Notes: generated from the letters alone by a model not told the origin. Positions 47,661-59,137 are shown, counted from the first letter of the stretch. The stretch is DNA of 64,000 nucleotides from an uncultured Acidobacteriota bacterium (GCA_913043225.1 CAJWLU010000006.1:115698-179697); one strand, 5' to 3'. Program-made: numbers and translations.

Positions 47661-48768
47661 CAGGTGCCTCGCCGCGGCGTCGCTTATAGGCTTCGTGATA
47701 AGCGCCCAAGAGCGCGGTGGCCGATCTAGCCCAGCGAAACCGAGTGGCCTGGGCGACGCCGGCCTTTACGAGGCGGGCATAACGCTCATGGTCGTCAAGT
47801 AGATTGGCCATCGCTGCGGCAAGAGCGTGGGTGTCCTCGGGATCGACGATGACCCCGGCCTCTCCGACGACCTCAGGAAGAGAGCCTCGATTTGAGACGA
47901 CCACGGGGACCCCGACGGTCATAGCCTCAAGAACCGGGATACCGAATCCCTCGTCGAACGACGGCAGGACCAGCATCACAGCTGACTCGTATAGCTTGCG
48001 AAGCTCGGTCGGCTGGACGTAGTCGAGTCGACGGATAACCCCATCTTCTCCCTGTGCCTCGAGCTCGGGAATCGGGTCGGGGCCGGGTTCTCCGGCGAGC
48101 ACGAGCGGTGGGGCATCTTTTCGCCCGGCCCGCAACGCCGTATAGGCCGTGATGAGGCCACCGACGTTCTTTCGGGCCCCCAGAGTGCCGACAAAGAGAA
48201 TATGCCGGCCGGTTGACGATGGCGGCCGCGGAGACCACGGGGGCGCGCCGACGGGGCAGACGGTCAGGCGCTGAGGCGCGACGTTCAGACGGCGGATCAC
48301 TTCGTCTGCCGTCGTTTCAGAGGACACCACGACAGCGTCGGCTCGCCGGGCGTGCGCGCGCGCTAGATCGGCGTAGTCTCGACGGATCTCCCGTACGCTA
48401 CGTTCCGGATGGTCGAGAAAGTCAAGATCGTGGATAGTGACTAGCCGGGCTGCGGTACGCGACGGGATGAGCAGCGGCGACGGCGAGTGCACGACGTCGA
48501 ACGGCTCCCCGGTGAACTGCTCGATAGGTGGCCACTCCCTGCGGTGCCACAACCAGTTCAGCAAGCGTCCTGGCACTCGACGATCCATCGCCGCGACACC
48601 GGATGGGGCAACGGAGCCCAGTCTGTCCTTCCAGGAACTGCTGAAGATGGTGACTCTCGGGGAGTGCGGCGCGTCGAGAGTGGCCAGCGCTTCGACCAGT
48701 CCGGCGATCCAGAACCCGGCCCCCGTACGGGCCCGAAGCGCCGGTCGGTAGTCGATCAGAATCCGCAC
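47644..48768 (-). CDS. GT4 glycosyltransferase
   Basis: TIHDL, RKN, PSFDEGFGIPVLEAM. Confidence 0.92.
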   Translation of the reverse strand: MRILIDYRPALRARTGAGFWIAGLVEALATLDAPHSPRVTIFSSSWKDRLGSVAPSGVAAMDRRVPGRLLNWLWHRREWPPIEQFTGEPFDVVHSPSPLLIPSRTAARLVTIHDLDFLDHPERSVREIRRDYADLARAHARRADAVVVSSETTADEVIRRLNVAPQRLTVCPVGAPPWSPRPPSSTGRHILFVGTLGARKNVGGLITAYTALRAGRKDAPPLVLAGEPGPDPIPELEAQGEDGVIRRLDYVQPTELRKLYESAVMLVLPSFDEGFGIPVLEAMTVGVPVVVSNRGSLPEVVGEAGVIVDPEDTHALAAAMANLLDDHERYARLVKAGVAQATRFRWARSATALLGAYHEAYKRRRGEAPDADRS

Positions 48769-49021
48769 GATCTGGGCCGGACGCGGTACGGGGAACCGCA
48801 AGGGGCGGCTGTAACGTCTTCCGGGGCCGTCGACTCCAGCAGTCGACCGATCGTAGCACAGCCAGGAGGCAGCTCACATGCCTTCGAATCCTGCAACTCC
48901 TTGTACATCAATATCTTGACAGGATTAGGGCCCCGGTGTTACGGTGAGAAGTTTTTTTCGTGGCGGCGCGCAATCTACGTCCAGCATCTGGACGTAACCG
49001 CCGGTGGGGAAGCGTGCGCAG

Positions 49022-50317
49022 ATGAAGATCGCAGTTGCCGGCACTGGATATGTCGGCCTGGTGGTGGGGGCCTGCCTGGCGGAGAATGGTAACGATGTGG
49101 TGTGCGTCGATGTCGACGCCAAAAAGATCCGGTCCCTCCGACAAGGGCGGGTGCCGATCTATGAACCCGGTCTCGACGAGTTGGTTCGTCGAAATCAGAC
49201 AGAGCAGCGCCTTCGCTTCAGCACCGCTCTGGGACGGACAACGCGTGCGGCAGAGGTCATCTTTATAGCGGTCGGCACTCCACCGGACGAGGATGGCTCT
49301 GCCGACGTCCAATACGTGCTGGGGGCGGCCCGGCAGATAGCTCGCGCGATGGACGGCTACCGCGTTATCGCGATCAAAAGCACGGTACCGGTAGGCACCG
49401 CAGCCCGCGTACGGGACACCATCTCGGAACATACCGAGCATCCGTTCAGCGTGGTCAGCAATCCGGAGTTCCTGAAGCAGGGCTCGGCGGTGAATGACTT
49501 CCTTAAGCCGGACCGGGTTGTGATCGGGGCCGACGACGAGCGCGCGGCGGAGCTGATGCGGTCCGTCTATGGACCGTTGACCCGGACCGGCGCGCCTATC
49601 ATCGTCATGGACAACCCGAGCGCCGAACTGAGCAAGTACGCGGCCAATGCCATGCTCGCTACGAGAGTGTCGTTCATGAATGAAGTAGCCAACGTGTGCG
49701 AGCGGGTCGGCGCCAATGTCGACCACGTGCGGCGCGTTGTTGCCTCGGATAGCCGAATAGGCCCGTCGTTTCTGTTTCCGGGCGTGGGGTACGGAGGGAG
49801 CTGCTTTCCAAAGGATGTACAGGCGCTGGTGCGCTCCTCTCGCGACGCGGGCTACGACTTCCGGGTACTCGAGGCGGTCGAGGCCGTCAATGCCACGCAG
49901 AAGCGACGCCTCTTTCAAAAAATGACGGATGAGATCGGGGTGCTCCGCGGCAAGCGGATTGCGGTATGGGGGCTGGCGTTTAAGCCCCGAACCGACGACA
50001 TGCGAGAAGCTCCGTCCATCGTGACGATCGAGGCGTTACTAACGGCAGGGGCCAAGGTGGTGGCTTACGATCCTGAAGCGCAACGCTCGGCTCGGCGCAT
50101 TTTTGGCTCTCGCCTCACGCTGGCGCGTCGCAGCTACGACGCACTTAAGGGCGCCGATGCGTTGGTGATTATGACCGAGTGGAGCGAATTTCGAGAGCCC
50201 GATTTCGCGCGCATGCGTACGCTGATGCAGACACCCCTGATCTTCGACGGACGGAATCTCTTCGACACGGCGCAGATAAGCGCGCACGGCTTCGCCTACC
50301 ATTCGATCGGACGCTGA
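49022..50317 (+). CDS. ugd: UDP-glucose 6-dehydrogenase
   Basis: GTGYVGL, KSTVPVGT, SNPEFL, GYGGSCFPKD, FKPRTDD. Confidence 0.95.
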   Translation: MKIAVAGTGYVGLVVGACLAENGNDVVCVDVDAKKIRSLRQGRVPIYEPGLDELVRRNQTEQRLRFSTALGRTTRAAEVIFIAVGTPPDEDGSADVQYVLGAARQIARAMDGYRVIAIKSTVPVGTAARVRDTISEHTEHPFSVVSNPEFLKQGSAVNDFLKPDRVVIGADDERAAELMRSVYGPLTRTGAPIIVMDNPSAELSKYAANAMLATRVSFMNEVANVCERVGANVDHVRRVVASDSRIGPSFLFPGVGYGGSCFPKDVQALVRSSRDAGYDFRVLEAVEAVNATQKRRLFQKMTDEIGVLRGKRIAVWGLAFKPRTDDMREAPSIVTIEALLTAGAKVVAYDPEAQRSARRIFGSRLTLARRSYDALKGADALVIMTEWSEFREPDFARMRTLMQTPLIFDGRNLFDTAQISAHGFAYHSIGR

Positions 50318-50318
50318 T

Positions 50319-51305
50319 GTGAGTGTCGTTCTGGTGACGGGTGGCGCGGGGTATATCGGGAGTCACGCCGTCAAGGCGCTCTGCGCTGCCGGACACGAGC
50401 CGGTTGTTCTCGACGATCTGTCTGCCGGACACCGGGCAGCTATTGGCGATACGCCGCTAGTCGAGGCGGACATCCGTGACACCGCAAGTGTTCGCGAGGC
50501 ACTCCGTCGCTACCAGGTCGACGCGGTCATGCACTTCGCTGCGCTGCTGGCGGTGGGCGAATCCGTGCGGGAGCCCGCCCGGTATTACGACTGCAATGTC
50601 CGGGGTTCCCTGTCGGTGCTCCAAGCGATGGTGGCCGAGAATGTGAACCGGTTCGTGCTGTCGTCGAGTTGTGCGGTCTACGGACAGCCCGGCCTGGTCC
50701 CGATCGACGAGACGGCGCCTACGGCTCCCATTAGCGCCTACGGAGACACCAAGCTAGCGGTCGAACGGGCGCTACCCCACTACCACAACGCCTACGGACT
50801 CCGGGGCATCGCGCTCCGCTACTTCAACGCAGCCGGCGCCGACCCTGACGGCGGCTTAGGAGAAGACCACAGTCCAGAGATCCATCTCATTCCGCGCGCG
50901 ATCGAGGCGAGTCGAGGTGGGGCGATTCTCTCGCTGTTCGGCGACGACTACCCGACGCCGGACGGGACCTGTCAGCGCGACTATATACACGTGTCCGACC
51001 TGGCGACTGGACACCTCCGTGCGCTGGAGGCGCTCGAGCGTCACAAGGGGGTCCGGGTCTACAACCTGGGAACGGGGCGACCGCATTCGGTGCTCCAGGT
51101 GATTGAGGCTGTCGAGCGGGTCACGGGACGACGGGTGCCACGGAGAATCGTGGAACGTCGCCCAGGTGATCCCGCCATTCTTTTCGCGGCGGCGGATCGC
51201 GTCAGGGATGAGCTCGGCTGGGCGCCACGGTTTACTGGCCTTGATGAGATCGTTGCGACGGCCTGGCGCTGGCACGACGCACACCCACACGGCTACGCTG
51301 GTTAG
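50319..51305 (+). CDS. galE: UDP-glucose 4-epimerase
   Basis: TGGAGYIGSH, HFAA, YGDTK, LRYFNAAGA, RDYIHV. Confidence 0.95.
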   Translation: MSVVLVTGGAGYIGSHAVKALCAAGHEPVVLDDLSAGHRAAIGDTPLVEADIRDTASVREALRRYQVDAVMHFAALLAVGESVREPARYYDCNVRGSLSVLQAMVAENVNRFVLSSSCAVYGQPGLVPIDETAPTAPISAYGDTKLAVERALPHYHNAYGLRGIALRYFNAAGADPDGGLGEDHSPEIHLIPRAIEASRGGAILSLFGDDYPTPDGTCQRDYIHVSDLATGHLRALEALERHKGVRVYNLGTGRPHSVLQVIEAVERVTGRRVPRRIVERRPGDPAILFAAADRVRDELGWAPRFTGLDEIVATAWRWHDAHPHGYAG

Positions 51306-51314
51306 CCCGATCCC

Positions 51315-53180
51315 GTGAGCCCTTTGCTACGCCTGCTGCGTTACGCCAAACCCCACCGTGGGCGGGTGCTGGCCGCCTTGCCCGCGATGGCGGCTTACGC
51401 AGTGGCGACGACCGGTCTCGCCGCGCTGATCCAGCCGATTTTCGACGGCCTCCTACCGACGAACGAGCAACAGGGGCCGACGGGTATTGCGGCGTTAGCC
51501 GAGCCGGCACTAAGTGCCTTGCTGCCCGAGGGCGATGACGTCGCGCTCATCTCGGTCCTCCTGATCGGGTTCTACCTTGTCAAGGGGGCGGGTGCGTATT
51601 TCTCGGTATACCTGATGGCCGATGCAGGCCAGCGGCTAGTGCACGATCTTCGGAGCGAGCTCTTCGGGCATATCCTGGGACAGTCAACTGCCTTCTTTGG
51701 CCGGCGCCAGACGGGCCAGCTGCTGAGCCGAATCACAAGTGATGTGACCCGCGTGCAGCAGGTGGTCTCGGAAACCTTTGGCGACCTGTTACGGGAATCG
51801 CTAGCCATGGTGGGGTACACCATCTTCCTGCTGTATGTGGACGCACGCCTCGCGCTAGTGTGCATGACCGGTGCACCACTAGTGGTCTACCCGCTAGTTC
51901 GGCTGGGACAACGGGTGCGCCGGAGCACCCGGCGGGGCCAGGAACATATCGCACATCTGTCGCACCTGACGGTCGAGGCGTTCACCGGGCACAAAATCGT
52001 CCAGGCATTCGAGGCCGAGGCGTTCGAGCGCCAGAAGTTCGTCGACGCGTCCGAGCGTCTCTACCGCACGAACATGAAGGTCACGAGCACCTTGTCGGCA
52101 TTGCCTCCTTTGATGGAGCTGTTGGGCGGCTTCGCAGTGGCCGGCGTGCTCTGGTATGGCAGTCGCGAAATCGCGTCGGCGGATCTTAGTCCGGGGCAAT
52201 TTACCTCGTTCGTGGCCGCGCTCCTGTTAATGTACGGACCGATAAAGAAGCTCAGCAGGGTCAACGCGAGCATTCAGGGCGCGATCGCAGCGGCCGAACG
52301 GATCTTCGAGACCCTCGACGTGCATACCGAAACGGCGGACCTCCACGGGGTAATCGCTCTTCCTCCCCTGAGAGAGCAGATCGAGTTTCGAGGGGTTACG
52401 TTTCAATATCAGGATGCGGACGAACCGGTATTGCGCGGCGTGTCCTTTACCGTCAAAGCGGGACAGGTAGTGGCAGTCGTAGGTCTGAGCGGCGCTGGGA
52501 AGACCACGTTGGTGAATCTTGTGCCGCGGTTCTATGACGTTACAGCGGGAGCCATCCTAATCGACGATCTTGACCTTCGCCAGGTGAGCTTGGCCTCGTT
52601 ACGTAAGGCGATTGGCATCGTAACGCAGGATACAATTCTGTTCGACGCATCGATCGCCGAGAACATCGCATATGCCGCGCCCGAAGCAGATCGGGCGGCG
52701 ATCGAGGCGGTGGCGAAGGCGGCGCATGCTCACGAGTTCATCGTGGAGTTGCCTGATGGCTACGACACCATGATCGGAGAACGGGGGCAGCGGCTGTCTG
52801 GAGGGCAACGGCAACGATTAACTATTGCCCGCGCGCTGCTCAAGAACTCGCCTGTCCTGATCTTCGACGAGGCTACCTCCGCACTCGATGCCGAGTCGGA
52901 GCTTCTGGTTCAGGACGCGTTAGCGAAGCTCCTGGCGAATCGGACGGCCTTTGTGATCGCTCACCGCCTTTCTACGATCCGGCGCGCCGACGCGATCATC
53001 GTCCTCGAGGAGGGGCGGGTCGTGGAGAGTGGTCGGCATGAGGAGCTGCTGGCGCGACCAAGTAGCAGCTACGCCAAGCTGTACGCCACGCAGGTGTTCG
53101 ACTCTACTCCTCGCGCAGTCGACGCTGTTCGTCGTGGGTCTGAGGGCGCATCCGCTGCGGCCGTATCGAAGGAACGGTGA
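51315..53180 (+). CDS. MsbA-like ABC exporter (fused TMD-NBD)
   Basis: TM domain; GLSGAGKT, LSGGQRQR, DEATSALD. Confidence 0.92.
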   Translation: MSPLLRLLRYAKPHRGRVLAALPAMAAYAVATTGLAALIQPIFDGLLPTNEQQGPTGIAALAEPALSALLPEGDDVALISVLLIGFYLVKGAGAYFSVYLMADAGQRLVHDLRSELFGHILGQSTAFFGRRQTGQLLSRITSDVTRVQQVVSETFGDLLRESLAMVGYTIFLLYVDARLALVCMTGAPLVVYPLVRLGQRVRRSTRRGQEHIAHLSHLTVEAFTGHKIVQAFEAEAFERQKFVDASERLYRTNMKVTSTLSALPPLMELLGGFAVAGVLWYGSREIASADLSPGQFTSFVAALLLMYGPIKKLSRVNASIQGAIAAAERIFETLDVHTETADLHGVIALPPLREQIEFRGVTFQYQDADEPVLRGVSFTVKAGQVVAVVGLSGAGKTTLVNLVPRFYDVTAGAILIDDLDLRQVSLASLRKAIGIVTQDTILFDASIAENIAYAAPEADRAAIEAVAKAAHAHEFIVELPDGYDTMIGERGQRLSGGQRQRLTIARALLKNSPVLIFDEATSALDAESELLVQDALAKLLANRTAFVIAHRLSTIRRADAIIVLEEGRVVESGRHEELLARPSSSYAKLYATQVFDSTPRAVDAVRRGSEGASAAAVSKER

Positions 53181-53196
53181 ATCGGATGGTGTCATC

Positions 53197-54087
53197 GTGC
53201 TGAAGTCCATGACCGGCTTTGCCTCCCTGAGCCGCGAACACGAGCTTGCGACGGTGGGCGTCACTGTTCGGAGTGTCAATCACCGCTATCTGGATGTACA
53301 GGTGCGGGTGCCCTCGTCGCTGGCGCGGCTAGAGACTTCGCTCCGAAACCTGGTTCAGCAGGGCGTCGGACGCGGGCGGGTAGAGTTGGCCGTTACTATC
53401 CGGGCGCTCCAGACGCCGACGGTGGCGGTCTCCTTGAACGAGCCGCTGGCTGAGGCGCTGACCGCTGCTGTGGAGGCAGCCCGCGAGAAGGGACTTGTCG
53501 AGGGCCGACTGACTTCGGGTGACTTACTGCGTTTCCCGCAGGCCGTAATCGTTCAGGAGCAGGAGGCGACGACGGCTGCGCGCGAGGCGCTGGAGACGGT
53601 GGTCACGGAAACGGTTTGCTCTGCGCTAAGGGAACTCGACACGATGAGAAAGCGGGAGGGAGAGTTCTTGGCCAACGACCTCGCCTCGCGCTGCGAGACT
53701 CTGGCGCATCTCGTCAGGCAGTTCGAGACTGCCGCGGCGGAGGGCGCGGAAGACTTGCGCCAACGACTTCATCAGCGGCTGAAGGATTTACGGTTAGACA
53801 CGCCCGGGGTCGACGGCGAGACCCTGTCGCAGGAGTTGGTGAAATACGCTGCGCGCTCAGACGTAAGCGAAGAGCTCACCCGTCTGCGGGGGCACCTGGC
53901 CCACTGGAGCGGACTTGTGAACGGGGACGAACCATGCGGCCGGAAGCTGGACTTTCTGTTGCAGGAAATGAACCGTGAGGTAAATACGCTCGGCGCGAAA
54001 AGTGAAGGCGCCGGGATCAGCGAACTCGTGGTCGCTGCAAAGGCGGAGTTGGAGAAACTCCGCGAACAGGTGCAGAACGTCGAGTAG
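53197..54087 (+). CDS. yicC: YicC/YloC family endoribonuclease
   Basis: SMTGF, SVNHRYLD, GRKLDFLLQEMNREVNT, REQVQNVE. Confidence 0.94.
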   Translation: MLKSMTGFASLSREHELATVGVTVRSVNHRYLDVQVRVPSSLARLETSLRNLVQQGVGRGRVELAVTIRALQTPTVAVSLNEPLAEALTAAVEAAREKGLVEGRLTSGDLLRFPQAVIVQEQEATTAAREALETVVTETVCSALRELDTMRKREGEFLANDLASRCETLAHLVRQFETAAAEGAEDLRQRLHQRLKDLRLDTPGVDGETLSQELVKYAARSDVSEELTRLRGHLAHWSGLVNGDEPCGRKLDFLLQEMNREVNTLGAKSEGAGISELVVAAKAELEKLREQVQNVE

Positions 54088-54093
54088 GGCGCG

Positions 54094-54753
54094 ATGACGA
54101 GTTCGAAGTTGGCGAAGAAGGGTACCTTGTTTGTAGTGTCCGCCCCGTCTGGGACGGGCAAGACGACGCTTATAAGGGCGGTCGTGCCCAGGGTGCCAAA
54201 CCTCGTCCTGTCGCGCAGCTATACCTCGCGCCCGGCGCGGCCCGGCGAACGAGACGGCGTCGACTATCATTTCATTTCAAGACGTCAGTTTGAGTCGCGC
54301 CGCGCCGACGGTGGGTTCCTGGAGTCGGCGGAGGTATTCGGCCATCTCTATGGCACTAGTGCAGTCGACACTCGACGACATCTCGATGCCGGGCGGGATC
54401 TCGTCCTCGTTATCGACGTCCAGGGTGCTGAGCAGGTCCGGCGCCTGGAGTCGCATACGGTCGGAATCTTCGTCTTGCCGCCCTCGCCGGTGGTACTGGA
54501 AGAACGGCTCCGCGACCGCAGCGGCTCGCATCTGACCGAGAACGAATTGATGCGCAGGCTGGCCGTAGCGCACCGCGAGGTCGAGCAGTTGTCTGGGTAT
54601 GACTACGTTGTCGTCAACGACGAACTTGAGGCCTGTGTCGTGCAGTTGCAGGCCATCGTCGTTGCCGAGCGGGTGTCTAGGCGGGCGGCACGAGGCGAGG
54701 GCGCACGCATCGCGGAGGCCTTTAGGCAACTCGCTCGGCCTGAAGCTCCATGA
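54094..54753 (+). CDS. gmk: Guanylate kinase
   Basis: SAPSGTGKTT, RPGERDGVDYHF, IDVQGA. Confidence 0.96.
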   Translation: MTSSKLAKKGTLFVVSAPSGTGKTTLIRAVVPRVPNLVLSRSYTSRPARPGERDGVDYHFISRRQFESRRADGGFLESAEVFGHLYGTSAVDTRRHLDAGRDLVLVIDVQGAEQVRRLESHTVGIFVLPPSPVVLEERLRDRSGSHLTENELMRRLAVAHREVEQLSGYDYVVVNDELEACVVQLQAIVVAERVSRRAARGEGARIAEAFRQLARPEAP

Positions 54754-54783
54754 GCCGTCCTATCATGCGATGATGTACACGTC

Positions 54784-56016
54784 ATGGGACTGATCGCGCT
54801 TGGCGTCTGCGGCGGGATCGGCGCCTACAAGGCGGTAGAGGTGGCACGGGGCCTCCAGGATGCTGGTCACGAGGTGGTTGCTCTGATGACCGCGTCCGCG
54901 CGCAAGTTCGTAGGGCCGCTGACCTTCGAAGCCATTACCCGGCGCCGGGTGGTCACCGACCAGTTTGCGCCCGGAACGAACGCCGATATCGAGCACGTCT
55001 CGATCGCCTCCGAGATCGAGGCGCTGGTGGTGGCTCCCGCAACCGCGAACTGCATCGGGAAGCTCGCCAACGGTATTGCCGATGATTTCCTGACATCGCT
55101 GTATCTAGCCACCCGTTCTCCGGTCGTTGTCGCCCCGGCGATGAACAGCAACATGTTCGCGCACGAGGCGGTATCGCGGAACCTTGAAACTCTGCGCGGG
55201 CGAGGGGTCCGGATTGTCGGCCCCGGTGAGGGCTATCTGGCCTGTGGCTGGATCGGGAAGGGGCGCTTGGCAGAACCGGCGGACGTGGTGTCGGCCACTC
55301 AGGCTGCGATCCGCTCTCCCGGAGACCTGACGGGACGGACGGTGCTTGTCACGGCTGGCCCCACCTACGAGGATCTCGACCCCGTTCGGTATGTGGGGAA
55401 CCGGTCTAGCGGCCGCATGGGCCTAGCCGTTTCTGAGGAGGCGGTCGCCAGGGGTGCACGCGTGGTGCTGGTCGTTGGACCGACGGCGCTCGCACCGCCC
55501 GTGGACGCCGAGGTCATCCATGTACGAAGCGCGGACGAGATGCGCGATTCCGTTCTCGCCCAGGTCGATAGCGCCGACGCAGTGATCATGGCAGCGGCCG
55601 TTGCTGACTACACGCTACGTGAAGGACGACGGGACCAAAAACTTGCGAAGGACAGCGACGGGTTAACTCTCGAACTTGTCCGCACCACTGACATTCTGTG
55701 GGAGCTGGGCCGCTGGCGAGCCGATCGCTCACACCCACTTCTGGTCGGATTCGCTGCCGAAACCCACGATGTATTGGCGCGGGCCCGAGCCAAGCTCAAG
55801 GCAAAGCAAGTTGATCTGATCGTGGCGAACGATGTGTCGCGAAGCGACGCGGGCTTCGAGGTGACAACCAACGTCGCCACGCTGATCGACCACTCTGGCC
55901 ATGAAGCCCAGCCGCTGCAATCGAAGCGCGCGCTGGCCTCGGTTATTCTCGATCGCATCGAGCGACGCCTAGGCAGCTCGTCCGCCTCAGCCAAGCAGAT
56001 CGATGAGCCGGCGTGA
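54784..56016 (+). CDS. coaBC: Phosphopantothenoylcysteine decarboxylase/ligase
   Basis: [43 protein letters not shown]. Confidence 0.96.
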   Translation: MGLIALGVCGGIGAYKAVEVARGLQDAGHEVVALMTASARKFVGPLTFEAITRRRVVTDQFAPGTNADIEHVSIASEIEALVVAPATANCIGKLANGIADDFLTSLYLATRSPVVVAPAMNSNMFAHEAVSRNLETLRGRGVRIVGPGEGYLACGWIGKGRLAEPADVVSATQAAIRSPGDLTGRTVLVTAGPTYEDLDPVRYVGNRSSGRMGLAVSEEAVARGARVVLVVGPTALAPPVDAEVIHVRSADEMRDSVLAQVDSADAVIMAAAVADYTLREGRRDQKLAKDSDGLTLELVRTTDILWELGRWRADRSHPLLVGFAAETHDVLARARAKLKAKQVDLIVANDVSRSDAGFEVTTNVATLIDHSGHEAQPLQSKRALASVILDRIERRLGSSSASAKQIDEPA

Positions 56017-56695
56017 CGACCTTGCCGAACATCTCCAGTTCTTCGAAGAACTGGGGGTTGCTGGGGTCAGCCGTGACCCGGCCTGGCGCCATCGCGGCTC
56101 GGGCGAGCCTCCCGTGCCAATCTCGAGGCCACAGAGCGTGCCAGTCGATGAGACTCTGGAGCTTGTCCGTGAGGATCTGGGCGACTGTGTCCGGTGTAAG
56201 CTGCAGGCGGGCCGAACTAACATCGTGTTCGGGATTGGCCATCCAACCGCTGACCTCATGTTCGTGGGAGAGGCGCCCGGGCGCGACGAAGACCGCCAGG
56301 GCGAGCCGTTCGTCGGGCGGGCTGGGCAACTGCTGACCAAGATAATCGCCTCGATCGGCCTGAGCCGCGATGAGGTCTACATCGCCAATGTCATAAAGTG
56401 TCGCCCTCCTAACAATCGCAATCCAGAGATCGACGAGATCCAGCAGTGCGAGCCGTATCTATTTCGGCAGATCGATGTGATCAAACCTAAGGTTGTGGTC
56501 GCGCTGGGCGCCTTTGCGGCCCGAACGCTCCTGCGCACCGATCAATCCATCTCTGGGCTCAGGGGACAGATCCACGACTACCGGGGCGCGCAGTTAGTGC
56601 CAACATTCCACCCCGCCTTCCTGCTCCGCAGCCCCGAGCGGAAACGCGACGTCTGGGAAGACATGAAGAAGGTGCGTTCTCTGCTCGCAGGGTGA
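56003..56695 (+). CDS. Uracil-DNA glycosylase family 4
   Basis: [31 protein letters not shown]. Confidence 0.94.
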   Translation: MSRRDDLAEHLQFFEELGVAGVSRDPAWRHRGSGEPPVPISRPQSVPVDETLELVREDLGDCVRCKLQAGRTNIVFGIGHPTADLMFVGEAPGRDEDRQGEPFVGRAGQLLTKIIASIGLSRDEVYIANVIKCRPPNNRNPEIDEIQQCEPYLFRQIDVIKPKVVVALGAFAARTLLRTDQSISGLRGQIHDYRGAQLVPTFHPAFLLRSPERKRDVWEDMKKVRSLLAG

Positions 56696-56720
56696 CTCTT
56701 TCTTCTGCAGGCCCTATATC

Positions 56721-59129
56721 GTGACGTCGAGGTCACGACCCGTCTCCGTGGTAGTTCCGGTGCCTCAGCTGGGACCACTCACCTATGAGGTGCCAGAGAC
56801 GTTACCCTTTCCCCCCGTCGGGGCCAGGGTCCTGGTGCCACTTGGATCTCGCTTGCTGACGGGATGCGTGGTGCCGGCCTCTTTAGGATCGGTTGCTACC
56901 GAGCTGAGAGCGGTAATAGACGTCTTTGATTCAGAGCCGTGGCTCCCCGCGACGGTAGTCGATCTGGCGTTGTGGGTGGCCGATTACTACGCCTGTGGAC
57001 CGGGGGAGGCTGTCGCCGCGGCGATGCCGCCCCGCAGTTGGGTGGTGGGCGACCGGAAGGCCCGTCTGACTAAGGCGGGGCAGTCGGCCGTTGGTGACGG
57101 GCGGCGAGGGGCGTTGCTTGACGCCTTGCGCGAGGGCGGAGCGTCCGTATCGGCGCTGGCCCGCACCCTAGGCGGCGGGACGCACGCACTGGTGTCAGGG
57201 CTTGCTGGCGAAGGCCTGGTCGAAGTAAGTCAACCGTTGCAAGGGCGCCGTTCGGCGTTTCGGCGCGCTCGAACGGCGGCGATCACCGACGAGGGCCGTA
57301 CACTGCTGACGTCAGGTGGTCGTCTCGGCTCCCGTCAGAGGGAGGTGCTCGAGCGGCTCCGCGGGGAGGCCGCCGGGGTGCTTGTCACGCGTCTCGGCGT
57401 GGCGTCGGCAAGCCTCCAGAGCCTGGCCGCACGCAATGCCATTCGCGTCTGGCAAGAGGTAGTTGAGCGGGATCCCTGGGCTAACGACACGTTGCCTAGG
57501 GACGGTGGTGTCGAGCCGCCGAAGCTGACGAGCGATCAAGGCCGGGTGGTCGCGGCACTAGCCGCGGCCCTCGATGGTGGCAGCTTCGGTGTGAGCTTGC
57601 TCCATGGAGTCACCGGAAGTGGGAAGACTGAGGTCTATCTGCAACTGGCGCGCTCGGCTGTGGACATGGGTCGCCAGGCGCTGATTCTAGTGCCAGAGAT
57701 CGGGCTGACCCCGGTGATTGCGAGCAGATTCCGGTCCAGGTTTGGCGAGCGTGTTGCCGTTCAGCACAGCGGGCTGTCCGATGGCGCGCGACATGACCAG
57801 TGGCATCGAATCCGCCGCGGTAAGGTGGACGTTGTGGTTGGCACGCGGTCCGCCGTGTTTACTCCGCTCGAGCGCTTGGGTCTGATCGTCGTCGATGAGG
57901 AGCACGACGGGTCGTACAAGCAGGAGGAGAGCCCCCGCTATCACGGACGAGACGTCGCAGTGATGCGCGCGAAACGATCCGGCGCGTTCGCGGTGCTCGG
58001 CTCGGCGACACCGTCGATCGAGAGCTATCAGCACACCCAAAACGAGCGCTACCAGCTTAAAACGTTGCCGCAGCGGGTCTCGGCGCGTCCTCTTCCGCGG
58101 GTCCATGTGGTGGACATGCGCGACGAGTTTGCCGAGAGGGGGCCCGACGTTGTGCTGTCGTCCGCGCTGGAGCGGGGCCTGGCGGGCCGTCTGGAACGCG
58201 AAGAACAGGCGCTCGTGCTGCTCAACCGTCGTGGCTTCGCCACCACCGTGTTCTGCCGGCAGTGTGGTCGGTCAGTCGAGTGTCCGAACTGCACGGTCTC
58301 GCTGACGTTCCATCGTCGAGACAATCTGGCCCGGTGTCACTACTGCGACTATTCACGGTCCCGTCCGGGTGTGTGTCCTGCCTGCGGGGGCGGATTCCTC
58401 GAACAGAGCGGTTTTGGCACCGAACGCGTCGAGGCCGAGATCCAGGCCCTCAGTCCGAGCGCGCGGATCGGACGCTTGGACAGGGACACGGTCAGGCGAC
58501 AGGGGGCAGCGGCGGAGTTGCTGCATCGATTCGCCGGTGGCGAGCTTGATGTGCTAGTTGGTACCCAGATGGTTGCTAAAGGGCATGACTTTCCGCGGGT
58601 CACCCTGGTAGGGGTCGTGTCGGCGGACGTGGGACTCGGGCTCGCCGATTTTCGAGCCGCGGAGCGGACGTTCCAGCTGTTGACCCAGGTGGCCGGACGG
58701 GCCGGCCGAGGCGAGATTCCGGGGGAGGCGATCATCCAGACCGTTCACCCCGACCACTACAGCATTAGATGTGCCTGCAGCCAGGCGTACGAGCCGTTCT
58801 TTGAGGAGGAACGGCGTTACCGGTCAGCGATGCGCTATCCCCCCGAGGTGGCCCTCGTCAGCGTTGTCATCCGAGCAAAGACTGCGGCGCAGGCCATGGA
58901 CGATGCCGGCACACTGGCAAGTCGATTGCGACAGCAGCCGAGTCACTATGAGGTGCTGGGTCCAGCGCCAGCGCCACTGAGCCGGCTGCGGGGCCAGCAC
59001 CGCGTCCAGACGCTGGTAAAAGGGCCACAGCGGCGGGAGATGCGCGAGGCGATCCAGGCAGTATTCTTAGATCTGCCAGAGATCGGCCGACGGGCCGTGG
59101 TCGACGTGGATCCGGTCTCGATGCTCTAG
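56721..59129 (+). CDS. priA: Primosomal protein N'
   Basis: HGVTGSGKTEVY, DEEHD, SATP, Cys-rich region, QVAGRAGR. Confidence 0.96.
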   Translation: MTSRSRPVSVVVPVPQLGPLTYEVPETLPFPPVGARVLVPLGSRLLTGCVVPASLGSVATELRAVIDVFDSEPWLPATVVDLALWVADYYACGPGEAVAAAMPPRSWVVGDRKARLTKAGQSAVGDGRRGALLDALREGGASVSALARTLGGGTHALVSGLAGEGLVEVSQPLQGRRSAFRRARTAAITDEGRTLLTSGGRLGSRQREVLERLRGEAAGVLVTRLGVASASLQSLAARNAIRVWQEVVERDPWANDTLPRDGGVEPPKLTSDQGRVVAALAAALDGGSFGVSLLHGVTGSGKTEVYLQLARSAVDMGRQALILVPEIGLTPVIASRFRSRFGERVAVQHSGLSDGARHDQWHRIRRGKVDVVVGTRSAVFTPLERLGLIVVDEEHDGSYKQEESPRYHGRDVAVMRAKRSGAFAVLGSATPSIESYQHTQNERYQLKTLPQRVSARPLPRVHVVDMRDEFAERGPDVVLSSALERGLAGRLEREEQALVLLNRRGFATTVFCRQCGRSVECPNCTVSLTFHRRDNLARCHYCDYSRSRPGVCPACGGGFLEQSGFGTERVEAEIQALSPSARIGRLDRDTVRRQGAAAELLHRFAGGELDVLVGTQMVAKGHDFPRVTLVGVVSADVGLGLADFRAAERTFQLLTQVAGRAGRGEIPGEAIIQTVHPDHYSIRCACSQAYEPFFEEERRYRSAMRYPPEVALVSVVIRAKTAAQAMDDAGTLASRLRQQPSHYEVLGPAPAPLSRLRGQHRVQTLVKGPQRREMREAIQAVFLDLPEIGRRAVVDVDPVSML

Positions 59130-59137
59130 TCGTAGGG

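Noticed and set aside
48908..49918. 336-aa minus-strand ORF (and similar long shadows such as 26407-27393)
   Set aside because: Antisense to clear genes (ugd, VWA); typical high-GC artefact.
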